DNA of 64,000 bases from Spirochaetota bacterium (GTDB taxonomy: Bacteria; Spirochaetota; UBA4802; UBA5368), in NCBI GenBank assembly GCA_025457965.1, contig JALOTJ010000001.1:1271-65270 (forward strand), given 5' to 3'. Each line of letters begins with the position of its first letter. Within the stretch, counting starts at the first letter, position 1. Made by a program: the position numbers and the translations under genes. Below the pieces are notes generated by a model. That model was not told where the DNA came from. It did not search any database and worked only from the letters and a program-made list of their open reading frames with translations. This document shows, piece by piece, positions 19,444 through 27,194 of this stretch.

Positions 19444-20208
19444 CTATATCGAACCGCCCCCGTCCGCCACGAGGATCTGGCCGGTCATGTACGATGACGC
19501 TTCGGAAACCAGGAACAGGGCGATCCTGCCGATTTCCTCGGGCATGGCGATCCTCCGTAGCGGTGTATGCGACAATTCCTGTTTCATCAGGCTCTCATTG
19601 CTCCACAGGGCCTGGCTGAACTTGGTCTTCACCACTCCGGGGGCGATGGCATTTACGCGTACGCCGAATTCACCCAGCTCCTTCGCCATGGCGCGGGTGA
19701 GCATGCCTATGCCCGATTTACTGATGCAGTAGAGACCCAGCCCGATATCGGGGCTCACTCCTCCTACCGAGGAGATGTTAAGGATATTGCCCGATTTCTG
19801 CTGCTGCATGATCTTTCCCACCAGCATGCTGGTCAAGGTGTATCCCTTGAGGTTGGTGACCATGATCTGGTCGTACATCTTCTCATCCATATCGACCATA
19901 AGCCCCATGCCCGGGTTCGTGGCCGCATTATTGACAAGAATGTCGATCCTGCCGAATTCTTTCATTACGGCGTCCACCAGCACTTTGATCGTCTCGGCGT
20001 CCCGGTTATGGTAGGCAACCGCCAGGGCCTTGCGACCCATGGCGCGAATTTTTTCAGCCACAACGTCAAGGTCCGCCTGTTTCCGGCTCCCCACGACGAC
20101 ATCCGCCCCCGCATCGGCCAGCGCCAACGCAACGGCTTCGCCAATACCACGGCTGCCGCCGGTAACCAGCGCGACTTTCCCTTTTAATGACAAATACGAT
20201 GTATCCAT
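19444..20208 (-). CDS. Short-chain dehydrogenase/reductase (DHRS4/FabG-like)
   Basis: TGGSRGIG, NNAATNP and YCISK motifs. Confidence 0.93.
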   Translation of the reverse strand: MDTSYLSLKGKVALVTGGSRGIGEAVALALADAGADVVVGSRKQADLDVVAEKIRAMGRKALAVAYHNRDAETIKVLVDAVMKEFGRIDILVNNAATNPGMGLMVDMDEKMYDQIMVTNLKGYTLTSMLVGKIMQQQKSGNILNISSVGGVSPDIGLGLYCISKSGIGMLTRAMAKELGEFGVRVNAIAPGVVKTKFSQALWSNESLMKQELSHTPLRRIAMPEEIGRIALFLVSEASSYMTGQILVADGGGSI

Positions 20209-20280
20209 AGCAGTCCCTCCTGAATAATTAGTACCTGTACTGATGAAACCATGCACTGAGCGTCAATCAGCATGCCATCA

Positions 20281-20328
20281 ATAGTAACATATGTTAACAC
20301 CGTTTACACAAGTTAACATTGTTGTCAA
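20281..20328 (-). promoter_or_regulatory. Promoter region (TTGACA at 20328-20323) with a 25-bp operator-like motif at 20281-20305
   Basis: ATAGTAACATATGTTAACACCGTTT containing the palindrome TAACATATGTTA; near-identical copy at 24265-24289. Confidence 0.6.
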
Positions 20329-20344
20329 TAGTTTTTTTCCCGCC

Positions 20345-22183
20345 CTATACAATCTCGGTCCCATTTTCAACATACATCTCATCGATGATGGATGAATACT
20401 TCGAGGTGACGACCCGCCTTTTGAGTTTGAGAGTGGGCGTCAGCTCTCCGGTCTCCTGTGTCCATTCATTGACAATAATACGGTATTTCTTTATCTGCTC
20501 CACCCGGCCGAATCCACGCATCCTCCCCGAGATTTCGCCTTCATATAGATCCCGGACCTGCTGATTCGCGAGGAGAGCGTCTCTCGAGTCGAAAACGATT
20601 CCCTTCTGTGCGGCCCATGCCTCAAGCTCGAGGAAGGCAGGAACGATAAGGGCCGTCAGATACTTTCTGTTATCGCCGATAATGGCGACCTGCTCGATAT
20701 ACGGGGATTCCTTCAGGGCGTTCTCGAGGTTCTGCGGTGCAATATTCTTGCCACTCGATGTGATGATGAGGTCCTTTATACGCCCCGTAATTATAAGGTT
20801 GCCGCCGTCATCGATCATCCCGGTATCGCCGGTTTTAAGAAATCCGTCGCTTGTGAAGGCCTCACGGGTCGCTTCCTCGTTCTTATAATACCCGACCATC
20901 AGCTGCGGCCCCTTTATGAGGATCTCACTCTCCGGCCCTATCTTCACGATCGTGTTTTTCACCGCGCGGCCCACGGTCCCGAGCCGTATGTGGCCGAGAG
21001 TGTTGAAATTCGTCACCGGGGATGTCTCCGAAAGACCGAACCCTTCGACGATGCTGATGTCCATGCCGATAAAAAACTGGGCGTCCAGCGGGTTGAGCGG
21101 CGCCCCTCCGCAACCGACATACAGCAGGCAGTCGATTCCCAGAGCGGCCTTAAGCTTGGAGAATATCAGCTTGTTGGCCAGCCGGTATTCGATGGCGAAA
21201 AGCCCCTTTCTCTTAACGCCGTTGCAAACATAGGGCATATTGCGCCTTCCGACCGACATCGCCCAGCCAAAAAGCGTCCTCTTGACCGCGGAAGCACCGG
21301 CGACTTTTGCGTACACCCCGGCCCGGATTTTTTCGAGCAGCCTGGGAACCGTGGCTATGAGCGTCGGCTTCGAGAGCTTCAGATCATCGAGCACGGTGTT
21401 GATGCTTTCCGCAAAGTACACTTTTATGGCGGCGAAAATCCCGCCATAGTAGACCAGCGTACGCTCGAAGATATGTGAGAGCGGGAGAAACGAAAGGACC
21501 CTCTGTTCATTGTTGATGAATTCCGGAAAGGCCGAGTAGTGCTGATCGATGTTGGTAATGATGTTGCGGTGCTTCAGCATGACGCCCTTCGGATCACCCG
21601 TCGTGCCCGAGGTGTAAATAAAGGTGATAATGGAGTCCGGATCGATCGCGTTGAGGCGTTTATCAAAGACGCCTTTGTCTTTGGCCTTTTTTCCGGCCTC
21701 AAGGGCCTCCCCGAAAGTCTTCGCCCCCTTGATCTTTTGATCGATTTCATCGAAAACGACGATATCGATCAGCTGCGGAAGGTCTTTACGAATCTCCATC
21801 ACCTTGTCGAGGTGCTCCCTGGTGCCCACGAAGCATATTCGCGAATCGGAATTGTTGAGGATATAGCGGGCCTCCTCCGGGGTGTTGGTGGCGTAAATCG
21901 GGACGGTGGTGGCGCCGATGGATATCGACCCCATGTCCGAAACCCACCACTCGTAGCGGTTCGGCGAAAAAATGGCGACCTTGTCCCCCGGGTTAATGCC
22001 CATGGAAACGCAATAAAGCCCTATCGCGCGCACCATCTCGTTCATCTGGTTCCATGAGATATCCTCGAAGGTGCCCTCCCTGGTTTTCTTCGCCACACAG
22101 GCCTTGTCGCCCATTTCCTTCACGCGTCGCTGAAAAATCTCCGGAATCGTCGTCGTGTTCGTTATTGTCGTATCTACTCTCAT
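20345..22183 (-). CDS. Long-chain fatty-acid-CoA ligase (FAA1-type)
   Basis: YTSGTTGDPKG, FLPLSHIFER, EGFGLSET, GRIKDLIITSSGKNIAPQ and ELTPTLKLKR. Confidence 0.95.
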   Translation of the reverse strand: MRVDTTITNTTTIPEIFQRRVKEMGDKACVAKKTREGTFEDISWNQMNEMVRAIGLYCVSMGINPGDKVAIFSPNRYEWWVSDMGSISIGATTVPIYATNTPEEARYILNNSDSRICFVGTREHLDKVMEIRKDLPQLIDIVVFDEIDQKIKGAKTFGEALEAGKKAKDKGVFDKRLNAIDPDSIITFIYTSGTTGDPKGVMLKHRNIITNIDQHYSAFPEFINNEQRVLSFLPLSHIFERTLVYYGGIFAAIKVYFAESINTVLDDLKLSKPTLIATVPRLLEKIRAGVYAKVAGASAVKRTLFGWAMSVGRRNMPYVCNGVKRKGLFAIEYRLANKLIFSKLKAALGIDCLLYVGCGGAPLNPLDAQFFIGMDISIVEGFGLSETSPVTNFNTLGHIRLGTVGRAVKNTIVKIGPESEILIKGPQLMVGYYKNEEATREAFTSDGFLKTGDTGMIDDGGNLIITGRIKDLIITSSGKNIAPQNLENALKESPYIEQVAIIGDNRKYLTALIVPAFLELEAWAAQKGIVFDSRDALLANQQVRDLYEGEISGRMRGFGRVEQIKKYRIIVNEWTQETGELTPTLKLKRRVVTSKYSSIIDEMYVENGTEIV

Positions 22184-22273
22184 GACCCCTCCCCCTTGTT
22201 GTTGTTATTTTTTTCTGATTGTTCCACCCGTCTTTCTCCGCGCGCCGCGCGGGGAGACGGCGACTGCCGCCCT

Positions 22274-24136
22274 TCAGGCGCTCGCGAAGCTCTCCTCGAA
22301 AATCTCGACGACGCTGATGTCTTCGCTCTTGATGGCCCTCACCACGGCATAGACCTCCGGAAGCACGTTCTTTATAAAGTACCTGGCGCTCGAAAGCTTC
22401 CCGGAGTAGAAGGCCGCGTCCCTGTTCTCCTTGACGAACGAGGCCCACGCGATCATATCGGCCGGGTTGACCTTGTTCGATTTCCCGATGGCGTCGAGTT
22501 TCCCCTTCGCGATACCTGCCTGCCACACGAGGATCCAGGCGCAGACTATCTTTCCCATCATCATCAGGAACGGATAGGCGTGTGCGATCGGCACAAAGAA
22601 CTTTCCCTGCTTGCCGCACTGGGCGAAAAACATTCCAACCTCGCCCAGGGCGTTGACGGCCTCCTGAAAATCCGGGACGAGATCGGGAAGCGCGTCCCTG
22701 TACAGCGCTATCGTGGAGCTCATCTCGGTCAGGAGCGCCATGAAGTACGCGCCCTTTTTCATCCCCAGCTTGCGGCCCACCAGGTCGAGCGACTGTATGC
22801 CGTTCGCCCCCTCATAGATGGACGCGATCTTCTCATCACGCATGAACTGGCATATCGGATAGTCCTCGCAGTACCCGTACCCGCCGTACACCTGCATGGC
22901 CAGCTCGGTGATTTTAAAACCGACGTCCGAGCAGTAGGCCTTGCAGATGGGCGTCAGCAGTTCCAGCACGCCGTTCCACTTGTCCTTCTCGGCATCGTCC
23001 TTCGCGACGGTCTCCCTGTCGATCGCGGACGCGGCGTAATACATAAGCCCCCTCATCGCGTCGACGTTCGACTTCATCCACAGCAGCATGCGCCGGACAT
23101 CCGGATGCTGAACGATCGGCACGCGCGGGGCCTCGGGGTTCTTCATGTCGAGCAGCGACGAACCCTGCAGCCGCTCCCTGGCATAGGAGAGGGCGTGCAG
23201 GTACGCCGTCGAAGCGCTCGTCAATCCCTGCATGCCGACGCTTATGCGGGCCTCGTTCATCATCTGGAACATGATCTTCATGCCCTGCCGCTCCCCGCCG
23301 AGGAGCTCGGCGTAGCAGTCGTCGTTGTCGCCGAAGTTTATGAGGCAGGTCGCGCTGCCGTGGATGCCCAGCTTCTCCTCGATCTTTCCGATCTCGTAGT
23401 CGTTGCGCCGTCCCAGGCTCCCGTCGTCGTTGACCAGGTATTTTGGGACAAGGAAGATCGAAATGCCCCCCGTTCCGGCGGGATCGCCTTCAATCCGCGC
23501 CAGGACCGGGTGTACGACGTTGTTCACCAGGTCGCTGTCGCCCACCGTAATGAACAGCTTGGTACCCTTAATCCGAAACGTTCCGTCGGGCTGCCGTATG
23601 GCCTTTGTCGTCAGGCTGCCGACGTCCGTCCCCGCGGCGGGCTCGGTGAGACACATCGTGCCGCCGAACTCGCCGGTAACCATTCTCGAGAAGTAGCGCT
23701 TTTTCTGGTCTTCCGTGCCGTAGGTAAGAACGAGGTGGGCCGCCCCCTCGGCAAGCCCCGGATACGACAGGAAGGAGAAATTATGCGCGAACCAGTCCAT
23801 CGAGGCGAAGCGGATGACCTGGGGCAGGCCCTGACCGCCGTACTCCTGGGGAAAGCACATCGAGTTCCACCCGCCCTCGACGAAGAGCTTATAGGGCCGG
23901 TGAAAACACTCCGGCACGTGCACCTGGCCATTCTCCAGTCGGCACCCCTGCTCATCCGACTCCTTAAGGGTGGGGAAGATCTCCTTGACCGCCAGCTTCT
24001 GCGCTTCGCCCATGATCATATCGAAGGTTTCGGTCGAGAAATCAGCGAAGTGCGGGGATTCGCACAGCGTCCCCACGTTGAGCATCTCATTCAGTACAAA
24101 TTGCTGGTCCCTCTCGTCCAAGATCAAATTTGCCAT
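22274..24136 (-). CDS. Long acyl-CoA dehydrogenase (FadE5-like, with C-terminal domain)
   Basis: GTMCLTEPAAGTD, EEKLGIHGSATC, MMNEAR and IYEGANGIQSLDLVGRK; start at ATG 24136 with RBS. Confidence 0.95.
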   Translation of the reverse strand: MANLILDERDQQFVLNEMLNVGTLCESPHFADFSTETFDMIMGEAQKLAVKEIFPTLKESDEQGCRLENGQVHVPECFHRPYKLFVEGGWNSMCFPQEYGGQGLPQVIRFASMDWFAHNFSFLSYPGLAEGAAHLVLTYGTEDQKKRYFSRMVTGEFGGTMCLTEPAAGTDVGSLTTKAIRQPDGTFRIKGTKLFITVGDSDLVNNVVHPVLARIEGDPAGTGGISIFLVPKYLVNDDGSLGRRNDYEIGKIEEKLGIHGSATCLINFGDNDDCYAELLGGERQGMKIMFQMMNEARISVGMQGLTSASTAYLHALSYARERLQGSSLLDMKNPEAPRVPIVQHPDVRRMLLWMKSNVDAMRGLMYYAASAIDRETVAKDDAEKDKWNGVLELLTPICKAYCSDVGFKITELAMQVYGGYGYCEDYPICQFMRDEKIASIYEGANGIQSLDLVGRKLGMKKGAYFMALLTEMSSTIALYRDALPDLVPDFQEAVNALGEVGMFFAQCGKQGKFFVPIAHAYPFLMMMGKIVCAWILVWQAGIAKGKLDAIGKSNKVNPADMIAWASFVKENRDAAFYSGKLSSARYFIKNVLPEVYAVVRAIKSEDISVVEIFEESFASA

Positions 24137-24264
24137 ACACCCCTCCCTGTTGATTAGTAGATCACCCCATACACTTCCCCGCCCTCCATGAGATCCGGTC
24201 TTTCCATCCGCCGCTTCCCATGAACCGCCACGGGCAAACAAATATTAATGATGTTATCAAAATG

Positions 24265-24320
24265 AAACAGTGTTAACTTATGTTATTATCATTAATTAAA
24301 AGAATACGATGATATGTCAA
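24265..24320 (-). promoter_or_regulatory. Promoter region (TTGACA at 24320-24315) with the second copy of the 25-bp motif at 24265-24289
   Basis: Reverse complement ATAATAACATAAGTTAACACTGTTT matches 20281-20305 at 22/25 positions. Confidence 0.6.
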
Positions 24321-24717
24321 CATTTTTCTAAGTTTAGAAAAAATTCTTCCCCAAACAGCTTCGGCGCCCGCCCAAAGGCTCGATAATGGGGCATTTTGGG
24401 CTGTTGACAATGGAAATGTACACAAAGAGGGGCAAAGGTGATGAGCTATCTACCGCGACGGCAAAGCCCCGTTCAAAATCCTGCCGTAACAGGATGCGAA
24501 TTATACGCTTCCTCATCCCGGAGCAGTCGTTGATGGTATTCGACAGCACTGCTTCACGGAACTGCCAAACCGTGTTCCCGGCAAATGAGGGTGTGCAGGG
24601 AAATTCCTTATTCTAACATAACGAGCACAAAATCGGCTTCAAGGATTGTTCTTCGATCTCACTACGGCATTAATACTTTTAAAAAGTTTATGCCCTCGAG
24701 ACAAGCTCCAGGACGTA

Positions 24718-25332
24718 TTACTTCCCATACACGCTGTTTCCGTTATCCACCGCGTCCCTGTCGTACTCCGCCGGCGCCGCTTTGCCCACAAGCTTATAAG
24801 CCGACAGGGCATAATTCTTCGCCGTGCGGCATAAATCGATCGCTCCCTTGGGATGCGGCGAATCCAGCGCCGTTTTTGCGTCTTTTAAATTCTGACTCGC
24901 CATCTGCATGTATTTTTCGACCTTCTGATCATCCACATGATCGACCAGGTCGACGCCGACACCATCGACGAGCTTTTCGGTCCTCTCGACGTACTTCTTC
25001 GCGAGGCTCCGGTACAGCGCGGCCTGGATCTTCAGATAGTCATTGTATATGACAATTGCTTCCTGATATTTGGTTTGAATGAATTTAACTTTGCCCAGCC
25101 TTATCTGCTTCTCCGCCTCGGCAAACGACGCCAGGTCCGATGCGTCCCCGAAATTCCGCACGGGCACCTCGAGCGCCTTGATCTCCTTTTCGCAGCGTTC
25201 CCGCAGGTGTGTGGCGTCGGAGAGGTCGCTTGCGTAGACCGTCATCGCCGGTACGAGCATTGCCAGCACGGCGAGGGTCATAAAACCCGTGCGTTTTCGA
25301 TGTACGTTTCCCCGCTTACTAAACATGGCCAT
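24718..25332 (-). CDS. Hypothetical exported alpha-helical protein
   Basis: Signal-peptide-like FMTLAVLAMLVPAMTVYA; GGAGG upstream; no recognised domain. Confidence 0.7.
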   Translation of the reverse strand: MAMFSKRGNVHRKRTGFMTLAVLAMLVPAMTVYASDLSDATHLRERCEKEIKALEVPVRNFGDASDLASFAEAEKQIRLGKVKFIQTKYQEAIVIYNDYLKIQAALYRSLAKKYVERTEKLVDGVGVDLVDHVDDQKVEKYMQMASQNLKDAKTALDSPHPKGAIDLCRTAKNYALSAYKLVGKAAPAEYDRDAVDNGNSVYGK

Positions 25333-25570
25333 TCCTCCATTTCCCTAATGGTGAAAAGGTACATCCAAAAGGCAATAATTGCAAGGAAAGAAAAGGTACG
25401 ATTTAACGGGGTACATGATATAATTGAATAGAAAAGAGAAATAATAGAGTTTCTTACTTTCATTTTCAGCGAATTCCCGCTATCCTCTTTTTACCGTCGG
25501 TTACACATCTGCGATGCGCGCTTTATGGTCGGGTGTTGGTTCCGATACCATTCCAGGGAGACACGGAAGT

Positions 25571-26590
25571 ATGAACCGCAGACACTCCGCATATCTTCTG
25601 GTAGTCTGTATCATGACGGCCGCGTTCAATACGGCGACCTCCGCCGCGGCAATCCCTCCGCTTGCCGGGCGCGTCAACGACACCGCGTCGATGTTTTCCG
25701 CGCCGGTGCGCGTCGAGATCGAGAGTTTGCTCGCCGCCCACGAGCGGGAGACCACCAACCAGGTGGTCGTGGCGACTGTCCCCTCCCTCGAGGGCGAGGA
25801 TCTGGAAGGCTATTCCATCCGCCTCGCCGAGGCCTGGAAGATCGGGCAAAAGGGCAAGGACAACGGGGTGATCCTCCTCTTTTTAAAAGAGGACCGAAAG
25901 GTCCGCATCGAGGTGGGCTACGGCCTTGAGCACCGACTCACCGATCTCATCTGCGGAAGAATAATCAGGAATCATATCGTCCCGAACTTCAAGGCTGGCC
26001 GCTTCGACGAGGGGCTGCGCTCCGGGGTCGCGGCCGTTCTGGGAACGCTGAAAGGGGTGGACGCGGCGGTGGACGCGGTCGAAGCGCCCGTGGAGCCGGT
26101 GAAGGATTTCGGCTATTACGCGAATAACGCTCTTCAGTATATCGTCGCGGCAATCCTCATGGGAATCGCCGCGGCCTTCGTCGTGGGAATCCTGTACGTG
26201 TTTTTCAACATGGCGTTTTTCCAGACGGGTGTCGTCGGATGGGTTGGGTTCGTTGTGTTCACCCCGGTATTCTTCCCGCTCATGCTGTTCCCGGTAATTT
26301 CGGCGCTCAAATTCGCAGGGTGCGGCGACGGGTGTTTCACGACGGCCGGAATCGTGGTCGCCGGACTGCTTATCGGCATGAAAATATATTTCCTTCGGGC
26401 CCGGCGCGGAAAAACCATCGCCGAAAGATTTCGCATGGATTTATCCAGCAGCTCCGGCGGCGGGTCGTCCTACAGCTCCTCATCGTCATGGAGTTCGTCG
26501 AGTTCTTCCAGTTATTCATCGGGCGGCTCGTCGGGATTCGGCGGCGGGGGAGGGAGTTTCGGCGGAGGAGGGGCTTCGGGCTCGTGGTGA
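25571..26590 (+). CDS. TPM-domain (YgcG-like) membrane protein with a Gly/Ser tail
   Basis: GRVND.A, WKIGQKGKDNGVIL, RIEVGYGLE and C-terminal GGGGGSFGGGGASGSW. Confidence 0.92.
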   Translation: MNRRHSAYLLVVCIMTAAFNTATSAAAIPPLAGRVNDTASMFSAPVRVEIESLLAAHERETTNQVVVATVPSLEGEDLEGYSIRLAEAWKIGQKGKDNGVILLFLKEDRKVRIEVGYGLEHRLTDLICGRIIRNHIVPNFKAGRFDEGLRSGVAAVLGTLKGVDAAVDAVEAPVEPVKDFGYYANNALQYIVAAILMGIAAAFVVGILYVFFNMAFFQTGVVGWVGFVVFTPVFFPLMLFPVISALKFAGCGDGCFTTAGIVVAGLLIGMKIYFLRARRGKTIAERFRMDLSSSSGGGSSYSSSSSWSSSSSSSYSSGGSSGFGGGGGSFGGGGASGSW

Positions 26591-26623
26591 TAGGAGTGAA
26601 CAACGCTTAAATCGGATCAATCC

Positions 26624-26764
26624 TCAATACCATAGCTCGCCAGTGGTGAGACAGCTGATGCATACCTCATCGTCCGGAATTTCCGAAAACCATCCAAGAA
26701 CACGCGCTTCGGGTTTCGGCCGGAAAAGCTCGGATACGACACACGTGTCAATCAGACAGCTCAC
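26624..26764 (-). pseudogene. Truncated VapC/PIN-domain toxin
   Basis: GTG start overlaps the antitoxin stop; MSCLIDTCVVSELFRPKPEARVLGWF...ISCLTTGELWY* (46 aa); remainder absent. Confidence 0.8.
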
Positions 26765-27018
26765 AGCGTTATATCCCGCCCGCTTTCCATTATACGCGAG
26801 GTATCGATCTCCAACTCTTTATAGGGCCTTGAGAGAAGGACCGCTTTTGTGGAAAGGCCCGAATCCCTGACCTTTTTTTCATAGGTTGCCACTTCTATGA
26901 CATACACAATCGGCCTGTTGTTTTTCGTTAGAAGTTGCGGCTCTCCCTTCGCGGCCCTTTGGACGAGCGCGGAGAACCTGCTTTTGGCGCTTTTAATCTG
27001 CCATGTTGTTTTGGGCAT
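26761..27018 (-). CDS. Phd/YefM-family antitoxin
   Basis: WQIKSAKSRFSALVQRAAKGEPQLLTKNNRPIVYVI. Confidence 0.88.
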   Translation of the reverse strand: MPKTTWQIKSAKSRFSALVQRAAKGEPQLLTKNNRPIVYVIEVATYEKKVRDSGLSTKAVLLSRPYKELEIDTSRIMESGRDITL

Positions 27019-27194
27019 GGCTGCCCCGTAGTATGTCTAAAGTTTCTATAAATACTACTGGGTATTGGGCTTGAAGTCGAATATTTTTACAACAGGTATA
27101 AAGTGCCGGCATCTTAATTCGATACGTGTGAGTATCGGTCGAGGGTCATCATTGTTAATGGCTTCTTCGTTTTAAACCGGGAGCCGCGGCCCCA

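Noticed and set aside
24428..24475. GGCAAA...GACGGCAAAGCC resembling a c-di-GMP-I riboswitch
   Set aside because: No GNRA-capped stem or proper second helix, and no credible plus-strand gene downstream
26445..26590. Low-complexity repeat-like DNA
   Set aside because: Encodes the usual Ser/Gly tail of TPM proteins; not an array
26591..26626. In-frame TGA in vapC as selenocysteine or readthrough
   Set aside because: No convincing SECIS, and the frame runs antisense into the TPM gene with no further PIN similarity
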